DNA of 64,000 bases, from contig JBGSMV010000026.1 of NCBI GenBank assembly GCA_041739995.1, forward strand, positions 32,001 to 96,000, read 5' to 3'. The position numbers were made by a program, and so were the translations under genes. Source of the stretch: Bdellovibrionota bacterium. Its GTDB lineage: Bacteria; Bdellovibrionota_C; UBA2361; JBGSMV01. How positions within the stretch are numbered: the stretch's first letter is position 1; the number at the start of each line of letters is the position of its first letter. The notes below the pieces were generated by a model. That model had not been told where the DNA came from. It worked only from the letters and a program-made list of their open reading frames with translations, and searched no databases. Shown piece by piece: positions 9,958 to 19,787 of this stretch.

Positions 9958-11598
9958 ATGCGTACGTATAAGCTAGTGTTGGCGTTGGTCGCCCTCGTGG
10001 CGACCCTGGTTCTGATGACGCTCGGCGGCATCATGCCTGGCTCTGCCGCGAATGCCGCTGAGAAGGCGGCCCAATTTCAGGTCGAGCACGGCCCGATTGG
10101 TCGTATCTCGGTCGAGAACCAGCGCGATGCGCTGCGTCTCATGAAGGAGGGCTGGACTAACTTCGGCACCTATGAGGGCTACCTCATCATGCTGTGCGCC
10201 GAGGGTGACCCGATGCGGAGCGCAGCCGCGCTCCGCCCTCAGGTGTCGAATGGCGAAGTGGTTGAGTTCCGGCCGTTCCTCGGGAACTTTCCTGAACACA
10301 TCCATCCGCGACTGCTCGTCACCATCCCGAAGTACTTGGATGATAGTGGCAACCCCACCGGAGAATTGTTCGGAACGGGTTTCACTGATCCTTCCAAGGC
10401 CTTGTGTCTGGTGTTGAGTGACCACGGTGACGTGGTCCCTTTGGACGCCGCGAAGCAGGCGATCCAGGGCTTCGTCGAAGGCTTTGTCACCCGTCTGATG
10501 GTCGGGTCCTTGGCCAATGAATGGAAGGAAGCCGGGCTTGGGATCGATCCGAACTCGTTCGGGCTTTCCCTGAGTCGGAGCAAGGAGCAGGCTAGCCTGA
10601 TGAAGGAGTTCCTGAAGAAGAGTAACTACCTTCGGGCTCCTGACCCCAAGAATGACAAGATGACAGTGCTCGACTTCGAGTACTCGATGCCGATCATCCT
10701 TCAGCGCCACTCCCTGCACGCCCACGGTGTGCTGACCGGATGGCAGGCGGCGAGCGAGCTGGAGGGATTGCGAGGATCCCCCGACGAGCAGGTGCTGGAT
10801 GCGGCGCGTCTCTTGGTGGCGAGCCGCTACACCGCCTACGAGCAGGGGAGCATCTGCTCCGCTACGCTTAACTACTTCTACGGTCTCACTTGGGCCAACG
10901 GCGCGCGTCAGGCCAAACTCCGGCAGAGCGGCGAAGAGCTCGGTGCCAATCTCACGCGCGAGCAGATGTTTAAGTATCGCGCCGAGACCAACGAGCAGGT
11001 GCTCACTAAGGTGCAGCAGGATCCTGAAGTCCAGAAGTCTCGCCAGTTGGTGAACGGACTCGGGGACGCGTTTGATGCCTACCGTGAGTTCATCCAGCAC
11101 AACAAGGAGATGAACGCCTACGAACGCGAGATGCTCCTCACCGAGTGTGATGAGTTCTTGCGTGGTTGGCGCCATGGCGCGACGTCGGCCATGGATGAAT
11201 GCTTCCGAATCGTCTTCCGAACCGCAGCCGATCTCGCCTACGTCGAGGGCTGGGGTGATGGATTCAGCAAGGGCTATGCGGACGGGTACCGAGATGGTTA
11301 TGCCGCTGGGTATGCCAAGGCTTGGGAGGAAGCGAATACGATCATCGATTCGCTTCGTGCGCAGATCGCGGACTTGCAATCCGTGAATGTGCACCTGAAC
11401 GCTCGCATTACCACCCTGCAAGGTGAGAAGACGAGCTTGGCTCGCGCGTTGGCGAAAGCTGCCGGCGGACGCCAAAGCAACCTCGAACGCTGGCTTGGTC
11501 GCGGCTCTTCCGTCATCAAGGCAGCGTCGTCCTTCTTCGGGGAAACCACCGGCTTTGGTCTTGCCAAAAAATTGGTCAAGAAGCTGAAGTTCTGGTGA
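9958..11598 (+). CDS. Exported hypothetical protein with GxxxG repeat, coiled coil and amphipathic basic C-terminus
   Basis: SD AAGGAG; signal/anchor MRTYKLVLALVALVATLVLMTLGG; GWGDGFSKGYADGYRDGYAAGYAKA; strong G/C third-position bias. Confidence 0.8.
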   Translation: MRTYKLVLALVALVATLVLMTLGGIMPGSAANAAEKAAQFQVEHGPIGRISVENQRDALRLMKEGWTNFGTYEGYLIMLCAEGDPMRSAAALRPQVSNGEVVEFRPFLGNFPEHIHPRLLVTIPKYLDDSGNPTGELFGTGFTDPSKALCLVLSDHGDVVPLDAAKQAIQGFVEGFVTRLMVGSLANEWKEAGLGIDPNSFGLSLSRSKEQASLMKEFLKKSNYLRAPDPKNDKMTVLDFEYSMPIILQRHSLHAHGVLTGWQAASELEGLRGSPDEQVLDAARLLVASRYTAYEQGSICSATLNYFYGLTWANGARQAKLRQSGEELGANLTREQMFKYRAETNEQVLTKVQQDPEVQKSRQLVNGLGDAFDAYREFIQHNKEMNAYEREMLLTECDEFLRGWRHGATSAMDECFRIVFRTAADLAYVEGWGDGFSKGYADGYRDGYAAGYAKAWEEANTIIDSLRAQIADLQSVNVHLNARITTLQGEKTSLARALAKAAGGRQSNLERWLGRGSSVIKAASSFFGETTGFGLAKKLVKKLKFW

Positions 11599-11645
11599 AC
11601 CATTCACCGAAGTGCCTCAGGACATTCTACGTCTGACCGAGGGCA

Positions 11646-11690
11646 GCTGGGGGATGGCACCACGCATCCCCCAGCGCCTTTAGGTTTTGT
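11646..11690 (+). terminator. Probable terminator hairpin after 9958..11598
   Basis: gctgggggatg/catcccccagc stem followed by an imperfect T-rich tail. Confidence 0.5.
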
Positions 11691-11795
11691 AAAGGTTTCT
11701 TCACCATTCACGTCACCCGGCCACCCTATTGAGTGTTCTCAGGACGATACGCGCTCTGAGGCGAAAAAGGTGAAGTAACGAGACAAGGGGATAGT

Positions 11796-13775
11796 ATGGA
11801 TATGAAACAGTTGACTACAACGCGCAATGCCGGGTTTGCTGAGATTGAGCCAACTATCGACTTTCATCAGAGCTCTCTGCCTGCTCGACAAAGCTGGTTT
11901 AGGCGATATCCGGAACTTGGTGCCGCTGCCGCAATTACAGCTTCCGTGCTCGGGATGGCTTCCTCCGCGCGTGCGGGGCAAGATCGAAGTCAAGATCAAA
12001 ATTCACGCATAGTGGAACGCACCGATTCGCCGCTTGCAGAGCGAGAGACGCCTGGAAAATTTGTCCTTCTCGAAAATGCTGGACACTTTGTACTGAGCGG
12101 ACTCGACCGCATGATCGGTCGCGAGCGACCATTACGAACCGTCACCGTGTGGAGCACCAATATCCCGCACACAGTCGCGGTAGAACCTACCTGGGCTCTC
12201 GTGGAAGCCGACACAGAATCAACTGCTACCTTGCATGAGGGAACGAACGTGAAGCTTCCCCCCGTAGTTCATGGCTTAGAGTACTCTTCCGACAACCAAT
12301 TCGCCTTTCTCTCTATGCTGGTTGAACTCTTTCCTTGTGGTTCGGACGGACAACTGGCGCCAGAGTTCACCGCTCTTGCGCGAAATGCGATACGAGCGCG
12401 CAATGAAACTAATGAAGTAAGTACCACAGCGATTGATCGCTGTCGGGTGAGTGGGTTCAAAGTCGAATTCCTCAATGCAAATACGGGGGAGGTCCTCGCC
12501 AACTATGTGACCCCGTACGAGTTCGAGAGCGGAACTCCATACCAAGTGCGTTTCCCGCTGAGAGTGCCGGCAGATGATGTGCGGGAGCTTCTCGAAAGGA
12601 TTGATGCAGGTCAAATAATGGCACGCTTCCAGCCGACCGCATCTGTTGTGCAGAAGGACGTGGCTAGCGCTCTCGTTCGAGTGACTCAAGAGGCATTTTT
12701 GTCCGCGATGGAAACATTTAAGACCTCCCACTCCGGGCACACGGGGCTCTTTACAGACAACGAGAAAAATGACCTTCAGACAGTTCTTCGCATAAAAGTT
12801 GAGGAGATCGTTCACGCAAAACCCGCCGCACTTGCGGCGACTCTACTTGAGCGTGTGCAGCGACTTCAGATGCCAAATTTCTGGACGCCAAGCGAAGTGG
12901 TGACGCTCGCTCAGCTCTCGTCTGATCAGCAAGCTCGTGCTGAAGATCATCTTAAGGCTCTAGTTGATACGAGCGAAAAGTCCCGTGAACAATGGGATCG
13001 CGAAGTGCGAGGCACTGAAGATGGGAAAACTACTACCTGGAAAGTTGGTGGCGGTGCAGGGCTAAATTTCGGCTTTGTTAAGATCGGAGGCGGAGGCGGG
13101 AGAAATGTCACCGAATCCGATCTCAAGTTTCTTGAAGATGGCACTGATTTGGTCGTAACTAGAATTGACCATAAATCTCGATATGTAGAGATGGGGGCTC
13201 GCGTATCCCGAATCGATCGCGCACGCCTTAGTCACGAGTACCTTGCGGGGACGTTCGTGATCGACACCGTTGAAGTCGATGGTTTTATGAAGTCGGTGGA
13301 GGTGCCAGTAACGTTCACCGCTGGCCGTGCGCACGACGATGTTGCCCAAGCCGAGGAGATTATTCGCCTTCGACTGGAGAACGCGCAGAAGAAGGCAACT
13401 ATCGGAGAGATCTCCTCGACGAATGCAGATCTGAAAATCGACATAAAGAAACTGAGTGCTGAGACCAAGTCTCAGAAAAAGGCCAATGAGACGCTGAAGA
13501 AGGAAGTGAGTTCCGCGCGTGCTGACGCGAAGGCAACCCGCTTCCAACGGGATAGACTATTGCAAGCAGTCGTCCGCTACTGCCGGCCCGACAGGGGAGG
13601 GATTTACTATGTTACCTACGGGCGGTTGCATGAGCTTGCCAGGTTTCTCGGCAACTCAGCGGACAAGCAAGTTCGTGCGCTATTGGAGCGCAGTTTTGTC
13701 GCGTATTGGGGGAAGCAGAAGGACTTCAAGGACGTCGCTTTACCACCACCGAACTTACAGAGTCCAAATAAGTAG
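11796..13775 (+). CDS. Large exported hypothetical protein (orphan family member 2) with C-terminal coiled coil
   Basis: Signal-like segment ending ARA^G; TTTWKVGGGAGLNFGFVKIGGGGGRN segment; Lys/Ala coiled coil near the C-terminus. Confidence 0.8.
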   Translation: MDMKQLTTTRNAGFAEIEPTIDFHQSSLPARQSWFRRYPELGAAAAITASVLGMASSARAGQDRSQDQNSRIVERTDSPLAERETPGKFVLLENAGHFVLSGLDRMIGRERPLRTVTVWSTNIPHTVAVEPTWALVEADTESTATLHEGTNVKLPPVVHGLEYSSDNQFAFLSMLVELFPCGSDGQLAPEFTALARNAIRARNETNEVSTTAIDRCRVSGFKVEFLNANTGEVLANYVTPYEFESGTPYQVRFPLRVPADDVRELLERIDAGQIMARFQPTASVVQKDVASALVRVTQEAFLSAMETFKTSHSGHTGLFTDNEKNDLQTVLRIKVEEIVHAKPAALAATLLERVQRLQMPNFWTPSEVVTLAQLSSDQQARAEDHLKALVDTSEKSREQWDREVRGTEDGKTTTWKVGGGAGLNFGFVKIGGGGGRNVTESDLKFLEDGTDLVVTRIDHKSRYVEMGARVSRIDRARLSHEYLAGTFVIDTVEVDGFMKSVEVPVTFTAGRAHDDVAQAEEIIRLRLENAQKKATIGEISSTNADLKIDIKKLSAETKSQKKANETLKKEVSSARADAKATRFQRDRLLQAVVRYCRPDRGGIYYVTYGRLHELARFLGNSADKQVRALLERSFVAYWGKQKDFKDVALPPPNLQSPNK

Positions 13776-13842
13776 GCCTGCGCACCGAGTGGGTCTCATT
13801 GAATCAACGAACATGGGCAACGAAAACAGGAGGGGAATTCGT

Positions 13843-15327
13843 ATGGATCAGACTACGTCCGGAGGACATCGACAGATATTGAAGCTTTGCGCGGTGATTG
13901 CTGCGACGGCCACGTCTTCGAATGTCAGCTATGGGAGTTCGTCTACAGAGCAGACAGCCGATACAAGAGAAGTTCTCGGCGCTCTTCGGGCACCCCAAAC
14001 ACAATCAGACGGCCAGGCACCGTTCTTTGAAGAGCTTGCCGAGCTCCTGCAGAATGCCCAACGTGAGTATGCCAGTGCGAAGCTGCAGCCCCCAACAGAT
14101 GACAGCGGAAGGCAGCCTCCACAATCTCGTCTGTCTCCTGGCCCCGAGCGAGAGGAGTCGCCTCACGTGCTGCGACTACCTCCTCGCCGGTTCTCTTTGC
14201 CAGATCGGTCCAATGAGACAAGGAGGCGAATGGACTCGTTCTTGAAAAATGGTCAGGAACGCACGGAGAGTGATGAGCGCTCCCTCAGCGATTTCGTGCA
14301 GCGCCTCGAGAAGGAGACCTCAGAGGGGCTCGAAGACGGTCCAAAGAAAAAGCAGGGATCTAAGGAGCCTGATTCGAGACGAGAGATCTCGGCACAGCGA
14401 GCACAAACTTCACCCCAAACCGGACCATCGCCTTCAGCGGAAGCTCCCAGGTCCCAGGGAGTCGCCCCCAAGCCGAAGGGAACACCACCCAGACCGCAAC
14501 CCTCTGCGTCTGACCAGAATATCCGAGAGAACGATGAGAAGCTTGCTGAGGCCAGGAATCGTGAACGTGTCGCACTGCAAGTGCGCAGCCTAGGGGACGG
14601 GCAGGTGGGTCCTGCGGTTGGTGTCGAAGCCTCAAAGCCCGAATTTCGTGCGGAGCCGATCTACCAACTGCTGGGGGTTGGAACAACGCCTGACAAGATG
14701 CTCGCAGGCGCCGAAGCTCTTGCGGAAGCAACTCGTCGCCCCGTGATTCCGATAAATAATGCGAGTGCTGTACAGCGGCTGGCTGAGGAAATTGAGCGTC
14801 AGACCAAATACGCGCCCGACTCGCTCGCAGCAAGGCTCGACCGCACTGCAGCTGAAATCTTCGGCAGGATTGAAGATGGCGCACGAACAGTCTTCGACCG
14901 CACGATGCCCGCGGAATTTGCCGTTGAGCCCTCCACTGAGACGATTGCGCTTCTTGCCAATCGACAGATCGCTAAGGAAAAAAAGTTTTTTCTTGTCGCG
15001 CATAGCCAGGGAAGTGTGATCGCTCAGAACGCGATGATTCTCCTTGCCCATCACCTTGACGAGGAAGTACAGGCGAAGATTATCACTGAGGCTGAAAAGA
15101 AAGCTGCGCTTGCGCGCATAACAATATTTGCCGTCGGGGCCTTCGCCCGCGAAAGCGATTGGCCATCGGGACTAAAAATTGTCTCCCTGAATAGCAAAGA
15201 TGACCCGATCTCTTCGTTAGGAGAGCACAATGATTGGTTCCAGAAGGAGGGGCAAAACTTCACTTTCGACTCCCATAACTACTTGGAGCGCTATATTCCT
15301 ATGATTACACAGAAGTTGGATCGATAA
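13843..15327 (+). CDS. Exported protein with disordered Pro/Ser/Gln region and C-terminal alpha/beta-hydrolase (lipase-like) domain
   Basis: SD GGAGGGG before ATG 13843; nucleophile elbow FLVAHSQGS, candidate Asp in DDPI and His in DSHNY. Confidence 0.7.
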   Translation: MDQTTSGGHRQILKLCAVIAATATSSNVSYGSSSTEQTADTREVLGALRAPQTQSDGQAPFFEELAELLQNAQREYASAKLQPPTDDSGRQPPQSRLSPGPEREESPHVLRLPPRRFSLPDRSNETRRRMDSFLKNGQERTESDERSLSDFVQRLEKETSEGLEDGPKKKQGSKEPDSRREISAQRAQTSPQTGPSPSAEAPRSQGVAPKPKGTPPRPQPSASDQNIRENDEKLAEARNRERVALQVRSLGDGQVGPAVGVEASKPEFRAEPIYQLLGVGTTPDKMLAGAEALAEATRRPVIPINNASAVQRLAEEIERQTKYAPDSLAARLDRTAAEIFGRIEDGARTVFDRTMPAEFAVEPSTETIALLANRQIAKEKKFFLVAHSQGSVIAQNAMILLAHHLDEEVQAKIITEAEKKAALARITIFAVGAFARESDWPSGLKIVSLNSKDDPISSLGEHNDWFQKEGQNFTFDSHNYLERYIPMITQKLDR

Positions 15328-15389
15328 AGAGCTCGACCAATATGAATTGAGCACCATGACTAGAAAATCGTTCAGAGAGGACAACGACA

Positions 15390-15644
15390 ATGGATAGAGC
15401 CTGGGCATTAGCGGGAGAGTCGCGTCGGAATGAACGGCAGCCGCCCGAGGAGACTCCCCCGGTGGGATGTGCCCTAGCGGCACTAGTCCTTACCGGAACG
15501 CTACTTGTTGCCCTTGGCAAGTGCTCAAGAGAAGCGAGTCTTATGGAATCCAAACAAGAGACTCCTGCCGAAAGCTACCCTGAGCAAATAGCGCAGCCTT
15601 TGACTGTCGATCGACCGGAGGCTTCCCCTGCCAAGCGGGAATAG
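15390..15644 (+). CDS. Small single-pass membrane hypothetical protein
   Basis: 84-aa ORF with hydrophobic VGCALAALVLTGTLLVALG; co-directional with the cluster. Confidence 0.45.
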   Translation: MDRAWALAGESRRNERQPPEETPPVGCALAALVLTGTLLVALGKCSREASLMESKQETPAESYPEQIAQPLTVDRPEASPAKRE

Positions 15645-15764
15645 ACTAAAAAATCCCGCCCCTTAAGCTTTAGGCTGGCCCCCACACGAGCAATGGATAT
15701 TTCGCATCAAGAAACGTTGCACAAGCTGCTTCGCTCAATTATTCATGAGCAGGGAGCGTTTCTC

Positions 15765-16757
15765 ATGCGATTAAGTAAGAAGGAGCAGGCTGTTCTCGCA
15801 GCGGTTGAGTTCGACGCTGACTCATCGCTTAGCGATTTTGAGAAGCCCCTCCGGATGCCGGTGTCAACAATTCGCTATCATGTAAATAACCTACTCTCGC
15901 GCGGAGTGATTCGTTACTACCCTTTTGTAAATACCCTCGCATTGGGCTTTACCCCATATTCTCTTTTCTTTTCCCTTTCCGCCCATGGGCGCAAGACACA
16001 AGACAAGGTAATCGCAAGTTTACAGCGTAGACCCGAGGTATCTTGGTGTGCACAGATGGGTGGCCCCTATCATTTCTGCGCTACGATTCTTACTAAGAGT
16101 CTTGAGGACGTGACGCGATTTACCAATAAGTTCTGCGACGAATTTGGCGATCTTTTCTCAAGAAAGCAGATCGCCGGACAAACTTCTTTCACGCTGTTTC
16201 AAACGAAATACCTATACGAAACCCGTAAGGCCGATCGAGTACTGACCTGGTCACGCACTGTGAACGCTCATTCGCTAGACGAACTTGATGCCCAAATTCT
16301 TTCAGGACTGATTTCGCCGACCTTCGTTTCTCGCCGTGAGCTCGCGAGGTCGCTCGGAACCCCGATTGGAACAGTGGATAGTCGGGTACGGAAGTTGCGA
16401 GAGCATCAGATCATCCAAGGCGCGCTCTATTTGATCAATCCCCAGAACCTCTCGATGCACTGCTATAAGTTGCTCATTCACACTCGCGGCTTCTCGAGCG
16501 CTTTGGATCAGGAGCTATTTAAGTTTTGCCTTGAGCACCGAAATATCACTACCCTTATTCGTTGTGTGGGAAATTGGGACTATGAAATTGGCGTTGAGGT
16601 TTCCACGCCTGATGGCCTTCTTGATATTACCCATATACTGCAGGTGCACTTTGGTGAATCTATCGTCAAGATTGAAGAGCTGACCCAGTTTCGAGACCTG
16701 AAAGTGAATTGCTTCCCGTTTATCCCGCCCGCTGCCAGGCGAAGAGCTCGCGCCTAA
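15765..16757 (+). CDS. Tandem (double) Lrp/AsnC-family transcriptional regulator
   Basis: Two wHTH+RAM modules: LSKKEQAVL...STIRYHVNNLLSRGVI and LDELDAQIL...SRRELARSLG...RVRKLREHQII; GNWDYEI; start revised to ATG 15765 after GGGAG. Confidence 0.85.
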   Translation: MRLSKKEQAVLAAVEFDADSSLSDFEKPLRMPVSTIRYHVNNLLSRGVIRYYPFVNTLALGFTPYSLFFSLSAHGRKTQDKVIASLQRRPEVSWCAQMGGPYHFCATILTKSLEDVTRFTNKFCDEFGDLFSRKQIAGQTSFTLFQTKYLYETRKADRVLTWSRTVNAHSLDELDAQILSGLISPTFVSRRELARSLGTPIGTVDSRVRKLREHQIIQGALYLINPQNLSMHCYKLLIHTRGFSSALDQELFKFCLEHRNITTLIRCVGNWDYEIGVEVSTPDGLLDITHILQVHFGESIVKIEELTQFRDLKVNCFPFIPPAARRRARA

Positions 16758-16789
16758 TGCATAACGCTCGGGCGTTAGGTTTGCCGGGC

Positions 16790-19783
16790 CTAGTAAGCCG
16801 GCTTAAAGAATATAATCTCTTGTTCCGTCGAGGCATGACTGAGTTCGCTCAGTGCCGCACGTACCCTTTCGGCATCAGCGCCAGCCTGCGGATAGCGAGC
16901 CTCAACTTGTTCAAGATATCTCTCTATGCGTGTGCGTACTAGATCGAACCCCGGTATGGTGACGGGTGGACTAGCCCATCGTAGAACGCCGCCATGGCGC
17001 GACGGGTAAAAATCGAACTTAATACGGTCGGCACGTCCTGGGGATGGATCGATAAGGTTCGCTTGTGCAGGTGTAGATACTTCTCGAGATCCATCGTAGC
17101 CAACAACGCTGTAGGATCCGAATGAGGAGATGGTCACAGCTTCTGGTTCTGGCTGCGACTGAATTATTACCCGATCTACAAAACCAGTCGACGTCGGCGT
17201 AGACTGAATTATTACCCGATCTACAAAACCAGTCGACGTCGGCGTAACTGAGCCGAAATGTACAGAGCCCTGTGGTGAATCTTCGGAAATCTGGGTAGGA
17301 GTCGTTTGGCTGAACGAGGTGTTATAGTTGGCTTTGGCTTCGAGCATACTAACGAGTGCGTGAATGGAGACTCCTTCAAGCGCCAGCGTGGTCGCGGGGA
17401 ACGAATCTGAGACGAGCAGGAAACGCCGCTCGACTACGGAGTGCAATGCGCGCCGCAGCTCTTGCTGCACATCATTCGCTGCATAGGCTTGCACGTCGCT
17501 TACCGCTCCTTGCAGACCGCGAATGGCTGAATGATTGGCTGCTTGTCTTGCAGTTAGTCCGATCTGCTGCTCTAGGTGGGTCGGGGAGACCTCTCGAAGA
17601 ACCCGGTCCAGAGAAGCGGTATCGGTACTCGCCGGTATCTCGGTTACCATCGCGACTCTCTTTCCTGCAACGTCAGCATGCGAGAGAACTCTAAAGACAA
17701 TGCGCTGCTCGAAGAGCAATTGGTTGACTCTTTCCGCTGTGTTCCTCGGAAGCTGAAATTGTGCGTCCGAAGTAAATCCAACACGTACCGAGTCACCCTC
17801 AATCTTCGTCTTCGATAATGGAGCAAGTCGTCCGGACGGTAGCTTCTCGCAAATCTCGATCTCTGCATCGAGCAGAGGCATATCAACGCACGCGACTTCT
17901 CCGCTCCTCTTGCCGAGCAAGACTCCGAGCCGTGGATCTCCGCGCTTAAATCGCATGGAGAGCATCGATTTCTCATCGCTGATATCTTCCCAGTCGTGGA
18001 TGACTTGGTGCAGATTCTCCGGAGTTTTTGTGTACTTCTTGATAGGCTCGCTACCCGAGAGGACGCTAATCGACACCCCACCCACTGATGGAAGCTCCTC
18101 GTCGACGGGGCACTTTAATGTTGTCGTGAACTCATGCCTTTCAATCGATGTCATCCCAATATCAGCGCGTCGTTCGGGGAGCCAAAGAGGTTCGTACAGA
18201 TCGACTATTACTCCTCCGCTTCCTAAGCGCTCGGCATTGGATGACCAGTCGTCATTTGGAGCAAGAAGAGACCCCGCCTTGCCGACAGGAGCCACCAAGC
18301 TGTAAGAATCTGTGGCGCCCCCGACTGAAATTCCGATTTCGGGCCGGCTGCCAAGGGGCATATCCAGCATCTTCCCCTGAATTAATTCTGCGGGAACGCC
18401 TCCCAGAATTCCGCGGAAGCATCGAACTACTAGGTTATGCGTGCCACCGGAGGTTTGAAGACGGATAGTGGAATCATCTATCCGAAGAACTTCTAGTTCG
18501 GGACCAAGCGTGGGGACCGTTAATTTCTCCAATGGCGTAGCGGGTATGTAGCGATCGGCGAAGATGCCCCCTAAAAGTCCGGCGCCTAGTGCACTCGTGG
18601 CCGCGGTGACAAGGCCGACTCTTCGACTGAGGGGACGATGATGGTGAGAGCGAATCCAAGCGCGTGCCTCAGACTGGATTCGCGGATCGTTGAGCTCTTG
18701 CTCAAGCACCAGGGCCGATTCTCGCTTAACTCCTTCATTGAGGTCTGGAAGTCGCCACAGCTCTCGCGCGAGATCTACTCTGGTTCCTGGTTCACGAAGC
18801 AAAGAGAGCGCGGATTTATTTGCAGTCGTTGGATCCATGCGGAACAATTGTATAAGCGCTTGGATTCGATGAAAGCGGCTATCACGTGAGGTTGCTCCGA
18901 CTACGTAGTCTGCGATGCTCGAACAAAGACTCTTCTCGCCCGACTCGAACAATTTATTCAGTGCCGCGGCTTTAACACTGGGAGGTCCTCCCAGAACGTC
19001 AATAAGAACCTCACATGGCTCTTGGGCCAGTGGGCAAGCAAAGACACTGTAGGGTAGAACCACTTCGGTGAATTGGTCGAGCCAGGCGGTAGACTCCTTA
19101 GCGAGAAGGCGTCGCCCCTTCCGCTGGTGGATGCCGAAATCTTTCTCTTGATGCCGCACCGCGAATCGCTCTGCAGAGGTGAATAGTCGCGCATCAAACC
19201 ACACCACTTCCTCCGAAGTGGTACACAAGAGACGTGGCCCATGAAATTTGCGTGCGAAGGGCCTCTCTCCCGCCTTTGGCGGAACGCTAATGCGATCGAG
19301 CGACTCTAAGAGAGCGTATTTACCTCCGGCCGTGGTGGCATCGAGCGCCACGAACGATCTTCCTGCGATCGATGCGGTGCAGCGCCACCCATGCAAACCC
19401 GAAGCATTGTCCGGGAATTTCCCGAACTCGAAACGGAAGACGGGCAGTTTCGAGTTCCCGCGAGCACTTGAGAGTACTAGCCGATTCGCATGACCATCGA
19501 TATTGGTGAGAGGCACACACGTGCCGAACGGAACTAGACAGCGTAAAAGCTCTCCGTGGCGCTCCTTCGTGAGCCAAGAGAACCCTGGCCCTTTCGTGGT
19601 TGGAATCCCTCCACCTGTCATAAACCGCCACCAGTGGGATCTTGCCCGCCAGAGTTTCGAGCCGGTGAGCGCTAATCGTTGGTCAGTCGAGAGCTCTGCC
19701 CAGCCCGATTGCATCGCGCGACGAAACGCGGCGCTCGCTGGCGTTGCCACAGTTTCCGCAGATTGTTGGTTGGGTTCAAACAT
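16790..19783 (-). CDS. Large single-pass membrane hypothetical protein (orphan family member 3)
   Basis: 997 aa; central TM VGLVTAATSALGAGLLGGIFA; N-terminal block similar to 19788..22319. Confidence 0.75.
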   Translation of the reverse strand: MFEPNQQSAETVATPASAAFRRAMQSGWAELSTDQRLALTGSKLWRARSHWWRFMTGGGIPTTKGPGFSWLTKERHGELLRCLVPFGTCVPLTNIDGHANRLVLSSARGNSKLPVFRFEFGKFPDNASGLHGWRCTASIAGRSFVALDATTAGGKYALLESLDRISVPPKAGERPFARKFHGPRLLCTTSEEVVWFDARLFTSAERFAVRHQEKDFGIHQRKGRRLLAKESTAWLDQFTEVVLPYSVFACPLAQEPCEVLIDVLGGPPSVKAAALNKLFESGEKSLCSSIADYVVGATSRDSRFHRIQALIQLFRMDPTTANKSALSLLREPGTRVDLARELWRLPDLNEGVKRESALVLEQELNDPRIQSEARAWIRSHHHRPLSRRVGLVTAATSALGAGLLGGIFADRYIPATPLEKLTVPTLGPELEVLRIDDSTIRLQTSGGTHNLVVRCFRGILGGVPAELIQGKMLDMPLGSRPEIGISVGGATDSYSLVAPVGKAGSLLAPNDDWSSNAERLGSGGVIVDLYEPLWLPERRADIGMTSIERHEFTTTLKCPVDEELPSVGGVSISVLSGSEPIKKYTKTPENLHQVIHDWEDISDEKSMLSMRFKRGDPRLGVLLGKRSGEVACVDMPLLDAEIEICEKLPSGRLAPLSKTKIEGDSVRVGFTSDAQFQLPRNTAERVNQLLFEQRIVFRVLSHADVAGKRVAMVTEIPASTDTASLDRVLREVSPTHLEQQIGLTARQAANHSAIRGLQGAVSDVQAYAANDVQQELRRALHSVVERRFLLVSDSFPATTLALEGVSIHALVSMLEAKANYNTSFSQTTPTQISEDSPQGSVHFGSVTPTSTGFVDRVIIQSTPTSTGFVDRVIIQSQPEPEAVTISSFGSYSVVGYDGSREVSTPAQANLIDPSPGRADRIKFDFYPSRHGGVLRWASPPVTIPGFDLVRTRIERYLEQVEARYPQAGADAERVRAALSELSHASTEQEIIFFKPAY
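17157..17246. repeat. Perfect 45-bp tandem duplication (TPTSTGFVDRVIIQS x2) inside 16790..19783
   Basis: gactgaattattacccgatctacaaaaccagtcgacgtcggcgta repeated twice, in frame. Confidence 0.95.
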
Positions 19784-19787
19784 AAGG

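Noticed and set aside
9307..10034. Minus-strand ORFs in the 9.25-9.96 kb spacer
   Set aside because: Arg/Ser/Cys-rich non-protein-like composition and overlap with the next gene start
9973..11607. 544-aa antisense ORF
   Set aside because: Shadow of the strongly codon-biased plus-strand gene; the plus strand has the SD, signal peptide and terminator
13519..13842. N-terminal extension of the 602-aa ORF
   Set aside because: Overlaps the upstream gene; strong SD and signal-like sequence start at 13843
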